Counted from the stretch's first letter, positions 25,675 to 38,999 are shown. The stretch is 64,000 nt of DNA from Epiperipatus broadwayi (GCA_028023455.1 JAQFVV010000001.1:26350001-26414000); one strand, 5' to 3'. Notes: generated from the sequence alone by a model not told the origin. Program-made: numbers and translations.

Positions 25675-27273
25675 TATGCTGCTTCTTTGTTATTTTGGAA
25701 ATATGAAACAAATATTATTATTTTATTACTCAGATTTCTTCTGCTGCTTGCTCAACTGTTTGGCAGTGTCCTATTTAATTATTTGCTAGACTCGGGTATC
25801 TCAATGTCATTCCCCCTTGTTCAATGATTTCAGATGGATAGATTTACAAATTATTATTATTATTACTTTTTTTTACAGAAACTTGTTTACATAAGTAGCT
25901 ATACATAAATTGACCAAATCCAAATTTTACAGCTTTACATGCATGAACCAATCTGTTCATCATCGTTATTTCAAGGTGCAATACCATCTGTGGCCACATC
26001 TATATCATTAACCTCCCCCAGAGATATTTAACTTAATTATTTCGTTTGACACCGGACATTCAATTGGACAATCACACATTTTTATTTTTACAATTCTTAT
26101 TTGATACAAAACTATATATGTTGAACTATTTTTTTGAAATTATGTTTAGTACAGTAATTAGCGCACATATATTTTTTTATAATACGATCAGAGCTGACAA
26201 AAGTTTACACATATTGCTCGTGTTGTACTATATTAAACTGAAAATTCTCCAAGTGATTGTCTAAATGCCCGAGCCAAACAAAATACATATAATAATATCT
26301 TAAATATAAATCATGATATTGAAAATATTAAACTACAGGGAAATGGGTAATTAAAAGAGCTAAACACTATCAAAGTTTTGTGGGTGTTTAAATCAAAGCC
26401 TCACATTGTAAAGCACCATGGACCCGGGAAAAAAAATACTGTGTAACAGTCAAAACATGTCTGTCTCGCTAACACACTGCAGAATTTAAACCTGGGACAT
26501 AGAACTCAACACTAGGAGAGTTACCTCACAGAAATCTCAAGTTCAAATCCAAAGTCCAAACTCCACAATGCCCTCTATGTGATGACACATTTGATGCTAC
26601 AAATAGTATAATTTCATGCTTGTGCCGGTGATCAGGGAGAATACAAAAAACTCTAAATCTAAAATAGCCCTAGGTTCATTTAACAATAACTTATAGATGT
26701 GCCTGAGATAAACCCACTATGGTATGTTACTTAAATTGCACCCCGAATAAAAAGAAAAAATAAATAAATTTACAAATAATATTTTAATAATTAGATATAG
26801 AAAATAGTTTAGCTATATAAATTGGATAGCTATATACAATAAACAACAAGATAGCTGATACCTTGTACTTGGGTTCGTCTAGATAACATGTCTAAAATAC
26901 AGTGACACGGTAGGTATATGCGAGTCACGTAAAGTCTTTTAACAAAATTTAAATATTCTAAAACTATATATAATTGGAATCTTAAATGAAGACTGAGAGT
27001 CACTCGTGAAGTAATTAACTAAATTATAAGATCGAGCTATACTGAATGGACTTAAAATTCATTTAAATAATAAAATTCTTTAAAATAGTTACTAAGGGAA
27101 ATGTACAGTGGTACCAGCGATATAATGCCAAGGAGGGGTGCAGTTTCTGAGTATGCAACTTTATAAATTATGAAAAAAAGGTCTTGGCTTTGGATAGGCA
27201 TTTCTCCTTTTATTTGGGCCATCTCTAGACCACTCACAGCTTAAGCCTGGCCCGCCCCCAGACGCTTCATAAC

Positions 27274-28986
27274 TGTGGGGACATACGCAAAATAATTCCC
27301 ATGTGCCATTATAGCACAGTATTGGGAACCGCAGAGTAAAATAAGGGAAATGGACTTAACCATTGATGACCTTTGCAAATTGTAAGGTTCCAGCATCAAG
27401 CATATTCACTAGCAACACAGTTAAATTTTAAAATACACTTAGTAAAACAAAGGGCAAGTTATTAAAGAACAGAAATAGCTTACTCTCAAATTTCATATTT
27501 TAATGGCCAGCAGACTCTCAACAAAGCTTAGAGAAATAAAGACTTATTCTAACAAAATTTATGATACGTAAAAACTACTTTTAAACATATATAAATGATG
27601 GGAGGAGGATGCGTGTTTGCGGTTTAATAAAGAAGATGGCAACCATGCATTATTTAACTTCCCTACATAACTCGCATTTGCCTAAAGAAATTAATTAGAT
27701 ATTTCATTACAATACAGATTTAAATAAGACATTTACAATTATATATAGAAAATCAACCCAAGCACAAGTTCAGCATGCATTAAACATACTTGAATAAATA
27801 CATATTAAGGAATATATAAAATTTATTAGCTATAGCATGAAGGTTTCTGAGATCTTGGGTTGATTTTAATTACCTTGTTCTTTCAGATTTGTCCGTGGGC
27901 ATTTCCAAATTTGTAACAGAGTTATTAAGCAAATTTTGATTTTCCTGGGTTTGTTGTTCAGCAGCAGCAGTTAGTAGATTTCAGGAGCAGCATTCTTTGG
28001 GCTGGTTCAGTTGGGCTTGATGGTATGGTGACAGAACATCGGAAGGTGACTGATGGACAGCCAAGGCACTGGCTCCCGAGAGAAAACAGCCTACTGCTCC
28101 TTTACCCCATGATTCTAAGGTGAAACAACTTCAAAACTTGTTTTAAACTAACAAACAAGCCGGTCAGTCCGATAACGCAAATAAAAGCTATTAGAAAATC
28201 AATTTCAAAATTAGAGAAAATAACTTTTGCTGTCACACTATCAGACAGATTAATTAATAACTATAATAATCTTATAATAATCAAACAATAACCAATCAGC
28301 CCTATTTATATGCTCTCTCTGATTATAATCTAACCCTGCATTGGTAAAATCCATTCCTTAATTTATTAATAAATTGGAAAACACGGACTGCATTTTTTAA
28401 TTAAATCTGCTTGTAAGCACTGTTTTTAATCTTATCAAAATCTACTAGTAAAACTGGTGCCAATATAGTTAAAATTAGCCACTATTGTTCTTTCCCTACC
28501 CTAACTGATTTAAAAAGAAAAATGGCATGATTTTGAAAAACTAAATAAAGTTTTATATTTATAACTTTTTTGAATTTAATTTCCAGAATATATTTATCAG
28601 TGATATAACATCACAAAATATATTTATCAGTGATATAACATCACAAAATAAACAGATTCAAAAGCAACAAATTTTAAATAAATATTTTCATAAATTTTAA
28701 ATATTATCGCAGTATGTGTATAGATGAGAGTATGTGACCTACTTTATTGTACAAGCATATATACATAATATATACTCGACAGTTTGAAAATAAAACCGTT
28801 TAAGACAATTTTAATTATTATAAAACCCCGGGCACCCCATTAGACATATAAATTTAGGTGGGATTTCAGTAAATATACACAGTACACACACAATATGATA
28901 AAATTAGGGTTTTAAATAAGGCATGAGGGTAGGAAACAGGAAGGCAATGTGAAACTAAGATTGGTAAAGCATATCTTACTGTTTCA
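27274..28986 (-). repeat. 5' LTR (~1.7 kb if it ends at TGTCCCCACA)
   Basis: 27517-28986 matches the left LTR. The minus strand continues to TGTCCCCACA (27274), then a PBS-like TGGGGGCGGGCCAGG (27260-27246) partly matching a tRNA-Pro 3' end. The 13-nt gap is atypical. Confidence 0.6.
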
Positions 28987-31273
28987 ATATATATATATTC
29001 CAGGCCATAAGAAGAAATCGCATTTATTTTTTTAAAAAAAATATATAACTAAATATACAATTCTAGTAATATATATTGGTGATATGTTTAAAAAAAGATT
29101 TGCGCATATATTAATAAGATTAAGAATCACTATTATACTTGTAAAAAACATAATATAATGAAAGTATTAAAAGATCAGGTTATATATTTTGAACACATTA
29201 TACATAAATGACTTAAGTTTATGATTTAAGCCAAAAATAAAAATAAAATGTAAGTGGAAATCAAAGTTACTGGTAACTTTTAAGATTGCATGTCTTTATT
29301 AGATAACCATGGAGACATTCTAGTCTGCAGTCCATACTAATGTCTTATTGTGATTTCAGTCCTCAGTCATTCATTAGTAGCATCAGGCATTTTTGGCACT
29401 CTACATTTTTCAGGCTCCAGCAGACAGAAAACCGCAGAGAGAAACATATCTACCCAGGAATTTTAACAACAGCACCCATTTTTAAGTTCTTTTTCTTCTT
29501 GTCTATAAAATGGTGGTGGTTCACAATCTTCTACAGAAGGGGCTTGATATATTTCTATTTACAGAGAGCTCTGTCTAAACACCAATCTTATTTCTTTACT
29601 GATTCAATAAGTTGTTTTATGGCTGCTTTCAATTCAAACAATTGAGCTTCAATCGGTATTAGTCAGGTAAAAGAGAGTGAACAATAGACAAACTCTCAAT
29701 TTATACCCAACTTGTTGGCCATAGTCATTGTTTTTCTATCTTATTTTTAATGAAAAAAAAATTTAATTAATTATTCCTATCTAACTAAACATTCTTTTCT
29801 CTAATGAGTTATGCAATTCTAGGAATTTTACTTTGTTATCTAAAATATAAAATTTTAACTTTATTTATAAAATTTTTTGAATATGCTTTTAAAATTTCTA
29901 TTTAATTTAAATTTAGTCTACATTCTCTGTGGTTGGACTTCGAGTCTTTAGTTAAAACAGTGAATGGTGAAGCAAGTGTATATATATATATATATATTGT
30001 ACCTAAATGAAACTACACTTGGTCCCAATACTACTAGAACTTATATTATTAGCTTAACTGTTGTATATAATCATCTGTTTTAAAAAAAAACAATGATAAA
30101 AAATAAATAAAAAATTAGTTAATGAATAGGATGTAATAATAATTGGCAATGTTGTGATATTTAGTAAATTTTATATAATTATGTGTGTGAAGTAAGTCAC
30201 CTATTTGTAATTAGTTGTGTGTTAAAATATAAGATAGCATTTTTCTCAAAATAAATATTTCAGTTAGTTTTTAAAATAATAATAGATGATGTTACTTATA
30301 TCATAACTTTTGTTTTATTTGTTTCTAGTTTATAGCTAATAATTGAACTAATATTATAAATAAAATAAATAATGTCACATTGATTTAAAATTAATCTTTA
30401 GTTTTATTAAAGCAGTCAAATAATAATTCATCTTTAATGTAAATTAGCCTTAACTTGTTAAAAGTTATTTCTAATATAATATTCTTCAATATTTTTTTTA
30501 TTTGTGATCATTCAAAAGTTATAATTAACTAGTGGAGGTCAAGTTAGAGTCAGCTCTGTGTGTGTGCATACATAGAGATATAAAAAAATAAATGAATAAT
30601 TAGCTATAATATTAAAAACAAAAAAACAAATGAATCAATAAAATAGTTATAATTCAATATTTTAAAAGACTGTCAGTTGATAAATGAAATTGGTTTTAAT
30701 TTTATATTAGTATTTCTATTTTTATTTTATGTAATACATTTTTAATTAATGTTACATAAAAACTAATTATTAACTTTTAATTTAGAGTCATTAAACCATG
30801 TAATTTTTAAATATTTGGAGCAAACTGACATCATTTATCAAATTGATCCGTTTTCCAGCTGATTTTAAAAGGAATTACAGTTAAAACAAAATAAATTATA
30901 TTTATTGGTTGATTAAAATGAATTGACATTAAAAAATTTTGGGAGAAGATAGAAAGAATAAAGATATATAGGAAAGTTTTACTGTATTAAGGTGTTGTGT
31001 TTTTGAATCCTGAAGTTTCCTGAAATCTTTCTTCTCTAAAACAAGTTGTAATTATTTTTAAAGTTTATTATTTAACAAAAGTATGTTAAATTATATATTT
31101 AATTATTTCAAGACTGCAATGAGTGACTGCTAAAAAGGAATAGATAATCCATATTCTTGTCATTGACTTTCAGTTAACTCTTAAAAGATATTGTAAAAAT
31201 GTTAAAAGTAAATTTTATTTGTGCTTATTTATCACTAACCACATAAATTATATCTTCAGTGCTTCTTTTATAG

Positions 31274-31410
31274 CTAAAGATGCTATTGGTTGGCACTGTT
31301 TTCACACTAAAACTATAAAATATGAACATTCACAGGCCATTGACTTTAATAATTTTTCTGTGCTTTTTTGTAATGCGAAAATAAAAACAAAACAAAATCA
31401 TCTTTTTTAA
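31274..31410 (+). CDS. Putative coding exon (..KDAIGWHCFHTKT..), paralog of 32214-32428
   Basis: Preceded by a 66-nt intron-like segment at 31208-31273 (GTAAAT..ACTAAC..TTTTATAG). Differences from the paralog include synonymous third-position changes. Confidence 0.45.
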
Positions 31411-31685
31411 ATATTATTTTTTATTAATGTATACAATTTAAATGATAATAATAAATGTAAAATAAAATCAACAAATTACAATTTGATTCGTGTAATTTAT
31501 ATCGTATACTTTTTAAATTGTGTTACGGCTTTTTTTTATCAATTTTCTATCGGATATTTTTTTATTTGTGTTACAGGTTTTTTTTATCAATTTTCTATAG
31601 AATATTTTTTTACTTGTGTCATGACTTTTTTTGTTGTTGTTTAACTAAAAAATAATAATCGTAATAAAAGTAAAAGTTGATACAG

Positions 31686-31768
31686 TTAGATTTAGGGTTA
31701 GTTTAGGGTTAGGTTTAGGGTTAGTTTTAGGGTTAGGTTTAGGGTTAGTTTTAGGGTTAGGGTTAGTG
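31686..31768 (+). repeat. Interstitial telomere-like repeat (TTAGGG alternating with TTAGGT/TTAGTT)
   Basis: Read directly from the sequence; ~12-bp period with a 24-bp higher-order pattern. Confidence 0.9.
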
Positions 31769-32213
31769 TTCTGTTTGTTTGTAATGCTAAAATAAAAAAA
31801 TTCAAAATCGTAACCGTACTCGGACAGAAGAAAGAAACTCAAACTTTTTTAAACAACAACAAATACATGTTTATAATATTTGCTTTTTATTAAATTTACA
31901 AAAAAACCTGTATATTTGGAATTTTCTTACTAGATCTTTTTTTCGTACCGCTCTTTTTTACTTCAAAAATATACAGACAGTAAAATCTTCTTTGTCTCGT
32001 GGAATGTTACTAACAGTACATTACTTGACACATTACCTAATTGCAACTCAATAAAAACAGATAATTAAAATTTTCCCAAATAAAAGTTCAATACAGTACC
32101 TTGTAAAAAGTCTTATAATTATTGTTTTAAAAAATCTGAACATTTCAATAGTTTAAAATAAAAAAAAAATCCAATGAAAACATTTCAATACAATTCAAAT
32201 ACAAGCTCTCTCA

Positions 32214-32428
32214 TCAAGCTGTAATTATTTTATAAATTGTGCAAATTTGGAAAATGTATTTGCTGCTATGCGACGTACATGCTGTACTGTGACACGACAT
32301 AGCAGCCTGCATTCTGTAGCACAACAAAAAAGTTGTATTATAGAAAATGCAGGTTGGAACGTGTTGGCCTTGGAAACAGCATTTTTGTGTTTTGGCATGA
32401 AAACTATGCCATAGAGTGGCATCTTTAG
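32214..32428 (-). CDS. Putative Cys-rich coding exon (..KDATLWHSFHAKTQKCC..)
   Basis: Same acceptor context (TTTTAG|CTAAAGATGC) as 31274, an open frame to 32214, and retained CpGs. Confidence 0.45.
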
Positions 32429-35400
32429 CTAAAAGATGAGTACCATATCTTCTGTCAAATGAATCTAACATATAGGCAATTGTTATATTTATGACTAAAT
32501 GACTTTTATTGCACTGAACTTTATGGGCTAAATTTACTGTTATTCTTTAAATAATCTAAAATTTAAATGAGGAAAATTGAAAAACATTTGTAGTGACATA
32601 ATTGTATATTTGAAAAGCTTCAATATCCTTGTTAAGTTCGTTTATAGCTGATTCCAAGTTCCTATATTATATTAAGTATGCCTGATAGTAACTAAAATGA
32701 TATACTTTGTTATAGTAACTACCTGCTTCTAAAATCGTTTAAAAAATGTTTTGAACTGCAATTATTTAAGGACAATCTTTTATCTGATAAATATTTAAAG
32801 TATAGTTATAGTGAACTGTTATATTTGCTTATATCTATATGTAAGATTGAGATAGTTTATTCTAGCTCATTAAAACAGATGAAATTTTCTACTTGGAAAA
32901 TGCTCCCACTCTTATGTTAAGAAGAGTAAAGAGAAATTATTTGGAAGCTTTTTTAAATTTTATATGCAAGTAAATTTTAAGAAAAAAAACTGCTTAAAAA
33001 ATGGGTTCTTTTAAAAAAAGAAAGAAATGGAATGAAAATAAAGATGTATTATTGTCTTAGTAAACCCAACATCCCATAATGATATTCTCAGCTGAATCAT
33101 TAATTTTACTTACCATTTATTGCTGGCTTATCTTTATTATTTTAATATTATGTTTTATTATATGAAAAAAATATCTTTAAAGGACGAATTGCATTAACTT
33201 TAAAAAACTATTGAATATGTTTCATTTGGAAATCTTTGCCATATATAGATTAAATGTTTTGACCAGAAGCTTTGCCCTGTCAGATAAATAGTATTCAATA
33301 AATTATATACATGTCTTGAACAGAAAAACCAGCACGAAGGAAGCTGAAGCTATGAACTAAAGTTATTGTATTTTTATTTTGCATATTTTGTTGTTTTTTA
33401 AAAAAAAAAAACAGAAAACGGAAAAATATTTAACTATATATATATTAAATATGTGTAATACGGTTTGGTATGAATATGCCAGATAAATTAATGTTATAAT
33501 TGTAGTCTTTATGGGTTTATTAGAATGAGTAGACATTCTACCATTCTCAAGTAATATTAGTATTATTATATTTGTTAAATGTCTCACAAGTTAAAGTATA
33601 TTTTAATTAATTTTATCACTGGAGATTTTAATATCTCACTCTTAGTTTATTTAAATGTGTGGTATTTCAGTCAGTTTTATATAAATCAGTCAAAAAGGTT
33701 TATTAGAGGGTTTTCCATTCATTTGTTTTATGAATGCTACATTAATAATAACAGCAAATATTTTTATATATGTATTGACAACTAATTTTCTCACACTTAA
33801 CTCACAGTCTTTTTAAATGTCCACTAGCCACTATATTTTAATATTTTATTATGTGTGCATTGTACCTTTGCCTAGAATTTTTATATGCATTTAATTTTTA
33901 AGTAATTCTTATATAGTCGGTTGACATAGTTTGCATTGTTGGTTCTGACATTGAGTATATGTGTTGTATTTTTAAAATTCTTATTGATGACTTAGTCAAT
34001 TAAATATCATTATTAGTTAAGTATTTGTTAGCTTCATAGAGCAATGCTTTATTGTATTATTAGTATGCCTGATGGTGTAGACAAGGTTCTCTATCCTTAT
34101 TTTAGTGCTTTTCCATGAGGTGATATTGCTTATTCCCAGTGAGAATTTATTATATATTAGATATTGTATTTTTAGTGATTGTAATTACATATTTTGAAGT
34201 GTTTAGATCCCATGGAGAGGATCCCACTTTCTTGGTGCATCTTTCCTGTTCCTGATGCACTGAGACAAGGTCCAGGCATCCCATTTCCTGCCTTAAAGAT
34301 AGGTATTTTTGGAAGCCACCACATTCTTAGGAATTTGTTCAGCTCTGCAGAGCATATTTGTATTTATTTTGGCCTATCACTCATGATGTAATAATGCTAG
34401 TTCCACCACAATAGGTGATGTTGCATTTGTTTTTTAGATGTGTAATGACAAGATGTTTGTTTGAGAAACTTTGATTCTTCAGGTTGTGTTTAGCTATTTT
34501 TAAAGCTTAAAGATATATCAATGTCTGAATTGTGCTGTTATGATAGTTTTATCATACACAAACCAACCAACAATAATTTGTATTTATTTTTAAGTATGTA
34601 GACTATGAATATAGTCATAAGTGGCAATTGACACATACTAAATTTAATATGTTCATTCAGAGTTTTCACTGCTGGAATTTTAAGTCTTTTACATTCCAAT
34701 TTTAAAACATTTGTTTTAGTTTTATGTGGACAGAATTTATTGAAATATGTGTATGTGACCTCTGATGAGTGGCCCATGCATCTAATTTAATTTAAACTTA
34801 GCTTAGATTTACTTAAATGCATCACTAGCTATAATTTTAATAGTGTCAGTGTAATTAATGATAATTTTAAAATATATGCTGTATATGCTAGTCCCAGCTT
34901 AGCATTTGCTTAGCTTATGGTATACAATATAAACCTATTAGTGTGTTATTCTTGTTGTTAAATGTCACCACAGTATTGTGAAATGTGTCAACTAAACTTA
35001 AGGTTATGTTTATTAAGCTCATACCATTATAATTAAAGTATAAAGAGATTTAGAATCTTTAATTATTTAAGATGATCTGGATAGAATTATAAGTCAAATA
35101 GCCTCTGTTTACTCTTGTATTTATTTATTTTTGTATTTATTAAAATAAAGTTTGTTTTAAAAAAAAGAGTTTAAGAGGAATAATCAGTAGCTTTAGTCAA
35201 AGAAATTGTTGTAATTTCTGTAAGTCAAAACAAAGATTGTTATACAAAATGTTTAAAAGATAACAGTGCTATCTTGGCAATGTTTGTTCAAGTAATTTAT
35301 TTATTTTTTTTGTAAATATTTATTCTTTATTGTTATTAATAAACCAAATTTATTATTATTTAAAAAGTTTAGTTTCTGTTTGTTTGTTTTTTTTATGAAA

Positions 35401-36304
35401 TATTGTCTTGAGTTCCAAAGGTTCATAAAAATTTCACAAAGTATACAAAATATATTTTTATACTGGTTTAAATTATATAACGCCATGCTAATCTTTGTGA
35501 TTCTCAGATTTAATGACAGTAACAGATAATCACATAATTACAGATACTTAATTGAATGCTCATTTTAAAATCGACTTTCAAGTTATTATTATATCTCCTC
35601 AGACTAAAGATTATACAATGTGATATGAAGAATATTAGTGATTCAGAAGAGTATTTACTATGCTTTAAAACTGCACATTATCTTACATTATCTTGTATAT
35701 TTTTTTAAAAAAATTTTAAAATCCATCTGCATTTAATGTCAGTAGTCGGTTGTCTGTATGTGGAAAGGCATAAAAAGAAACTTTGCTCGAGTGACGTCTT
35801 AGGTACTAGGCCATAATTGGTTTAAATTTAGATTAAATAATCAAATCTTTAGATTAACATATTTTCTTTTATTATGCTAGGATTGAACATAAGATAGTTA
35901 TCTTATGGTCGGCCAAGACATCACTCACTTGTTTATTCATCCAAGCAATCATTTATTAGGCAGCTTTAAACTTTTATCTTGCACAAGAGTTTAATTTTAA
36001 AACCCCTGAGATTGTTTACTCTTTTTGCCTTGATAATAACAATTTATTAAGATAGTCCTTCCAGCAAAGTATTATTTGCTTTATTCAGAGTATATGATTT
36101 GATAGTAGGCCAATTCTAATAACAATTAAATAATGATTTAAATTCTTTTATATTATTTATGGTAAATTATGAATAGGCCTTAAGTTATTTGCAGTGATGT
36201 TAGATTTGGTCTCTGTCCGATTGTATATCTCTGGATCATTATTCATCTTTGATTTTATTGTAATGCCACTGAGCCAAGTCATTAAGTCTCTAATAGAATA
36301 AATT

Positions 36305-36900
36305 AGGATATTTAGTTTATCATTATCATTTTATTCTTTCATTCCATTTTTTGTCTCTTCACATCATCTGCCTCTTCATTCCATCATTTCATCCTACCAT
36401 TATCTTTGTCTTCATCTTATCTTATATCTTTACCTTTTCATCTTTCCCTCATCCTTTCAATTATCTTCTTTTCCTTGTCTCATAGTTTTCATTATTTTTC
36501 ATCTCTTCTTTCATGTATTATCATTTTATCATCATTTCTCTAATATAGTCTCATTTCCTTTTATTTCCATTTCCCTCTCTCTCTTCAGCATCTTCTTCCA
36601 TTTCCTATCATTTCATCATGTTTCTCATCTCTTCATCTTTATGTTCCTTTCTTTCTCATCATTTTTTTCTCTCTCTCTCTCTCTTCATTTTCTTTTATCT
36701 CATCATCATTATCTTCCATTCCATCATATAATTTCTTCCATTTCTCATCTCATCATTTCATTATTTTCCTTTTTTTCATCATTTATCATTCTTTCCTCTT
36801 CTTTCCATCATTTCTTGTTTCATCATTTTTATTTTTTGTCACCTAACTCCCCCCCCCCATCATCTCTCTCATTAAAAGGTTACAATATATATATATATCT
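36305..36900. repeat. Pyrimidine-rich low-complexity tract (TCATC/TTTC-rich)
   Basis: Composition read directly; a similar tract lies at ~62940-63180. Confidence 0.85.
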
Positions 36901-36949
36901 TCATATTCCCAGAATCCATTAAAAAACAACAAAAAATGCCCCTAGTTAC

Positions 36950-38200
36950 CTTTGGCATGGAGTGGAGCAGAATGATACAGGGGAGGCTTTATTCTGTTTT
37001 ATGTATATATTTTTCTCTTTACTTTTTATGGTCCATATGTTCCCTAAGGTGCATCATTCCTATGGGATTTTATTGATCCCTCTGCTTATGTGATCCTTTG
37101 ATGGGTGGATCTTCCTCTCTGGGACATAGTATTCCGTCTCTGTTGTTCAGTGTTTGTTATCTGGCCATGATATGGCCCCAACACTCTTGTGCCAAATGGC
37201 TCCTGGGGCCCTTTTTTATTCTCCAACAGTAAATCATTTTCTCCTGATTTCTTTCTTATAATGAGTGGCCTTGGATGTTTGCCACTTGTATAGTGTACTG
37301 GTTTTTTACTACGTCACTTGTGTTGTCACTGTTTCCTCACCAGTGAACAGATTTGTGAAATGCTTAAAAGCAGGGTATGAAGTATGCTGCTCTTTAGTGT
37401 TGCATGTACATTGGTTTGTGATTTGTTGAATCTGCTGATGGTAATTTTTTTGATCAGTTTATATTTGTTATACTCGGTGAGTTGTTTCCAAAATCCATTT
37501 TTTCCTTGTAAAACTCAAAGGTCCTATCCCGACAGTTTATTTGGGAATCATGCTTCTCAAGGAAGTCTGCCCCTTACAGTGCATCCTGGATTAAACCCAG
37601 CATAGTCTGAAATGTGTGGCATACATATTTGGCGCCAATGTTTAAATTCAACTCAATCTGGTGTGATCCCATAATGTCATCTTTGCTATTGGCAAGAACT
37701 ATTTGGGACACCAGTTTTTGTGTGGCTGGTTGTATGTGTGCACTATGTGTGGTGTTCCACCAATTTACCAGAGGTCAAATATACTTGGCTTCCTGTGTCT
37801 ATTAATGCCCTAACTGGGATGTTTTCAATCTTTACAATGATAGTTGGACAATCCTGGTGCAGTGGTTGGAGATCCAGTTCATATTGTTCCAATGTGATCA
37901 TGGGTGTCACTGTCTTATCTCCCCAAGCACTGTCATTCTCCTTTCTTTTGGTTTCATCCTGGATATTCCACCTTGGTCTTTTTTCTGATATTCATCTTGG
38001 ATGACAGCTGGCTGTAATTTTGACATTTCTATTCTTTTTGCCCAGTCAGTGCTATCTTTACTTATGTTTCCAAAGTCTATTGCAGTTAATAGTTCCCCCA
38101 TTTCTTTTATCACTGAATTTCTATAACTTAACATTAATTGTTGGATGTGAAGAAGCATGTTATATCTTATATTCCTAATGATGTGACTATTTGACAAGTT
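36950..38200 (-). mobile_element. Degenerate Gypsy gag-protease fragment
   Basis: Minus strand CPTIIVKIENIPVRALIDTGSQV (~37780-37850), then GADFLEKHDSQIN; gag-like ORF 37907-38197 upstream. Confidence 0.75.
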
Positions 38201-38294
38201 AAATGCTGTCAGAGACTTTAGGAGTGCTACCTGGTGGAGGAAAAATGATGTACGAGTCTCTCCTCTGATACACAGTATTTCTCAGATCCAAGTC

Positions 38295-38336
38295 TCCTCA
38301 CTGATGAAGGATACAAGCCAGAAACTAGTGTGGGGA
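38295..38336 (+). ncRNA. Degenerate type I hammerhead motif (family B)
   Basis: TCCTCA-CTGATGA-AGGATACAAGCCA-GAAA-CTA-GTG-TGGGGA. The triplet is GUG (non-cleaving) and stem II is damaged. Confidence 0.6.
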
Positions 38337-38748
38337 TATTGGATAAGTAGGCAATGGGTAGGGATTTCATGCACAAACTTTCTGGCATCCATTGATTTCT
38401 CTGGCTTGCACTGAGTGGCAAAACAGTTATGAACAAACATAAGAAATGGTGATCATGTGATGTTTGTTGGCTTAAAACCATCTTGTGATGTTTGTTGGCT
38501 TAAAACCAGTCCTATTTAATAGGATAGTGGTGGCTGTGGTTATTATAAAACCAAAGACATCAAAATGTATAGGTACTGAACTGAGATCAGACATATATGA
38601 CTATATAAGCTGCTGAGCTTGGATTAAAAATATTATAGTGTTTTCAATTTAAAGCTCACAGATTTGTAGTTGAGTAGAGATAAATGGTGGCTGCTGGGGG
38701 GTTGCATTGGATCCAAAGATCTAGGTGCAGTGCTCTCAGATCCAACAC

Positions 38749-38790
38749 TCCTTGCTGATGAAGACCATAAGCCAGAAACTAATCTGGGGA
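38749..38790 (+). ncRNA. Degenerate type I hammerhead motif (family B)
   Basis: TCCTTG-CTGATGA-AGACCATAAGCCA-GAAA-CTA-ATC-TGGGGA; stem III mismatch. Confidence 0.55.
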
Positions 38791-38999
38791 TATTGGATGA
38801 GTAGGCACTGGATGGGGATGTTGTGCACAAGTCTTCTGGCATCCATTGATTATTCTGGCTTGCACTGAGTGGCAATATGTATAGAGAATTTTAATTTGTT
38901 TCTCAAAAAAAGGAAAGAAAATATACCCATAAATGCTATCAAATACAAAAGAAGAAAATACAATAATAACCCCAACCATCAACAAGACAGTGAAGTGTA

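Larger units (their letters stand above)
22564..28986 (-). mobile_element. Non-autonomous Gypsy-type LTR element carrying gag only
   Basis: Direct repeats at 22566-24042 and 27517-28986. A PPT-like AATAAGGGAA precedes TGTAAAAC on the minus strand at 24042-24052. Minus-strand gag-like residues are present (FERFL..W, A.DW, LLRHYWS..Q). No PR/RT/IN found between the LTRs. No TSD found. Confidence 0.75.
38265..38875 (+). mobile_element. Hammerhead-bearing repeat family B, ~1.3 tandem units (454-bp period)
   Basis: CTGATGA at 38301 and 38755 with matching flanks. There is an internal ~28-bp duplication at ~38456-38510. Confidence 0.75.

Noticed and set aside
31645-31842. ORF with NPNPKT repeats
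   Set aside because: It is simply the translation of the telomere-like tract.
36641-36922. 93-aa Ser/Phe/His-rich ORF (and similar ORF 13436-13795)
   Set aside because: Products of low-complexity pyrimidine or AT-rich sequence.
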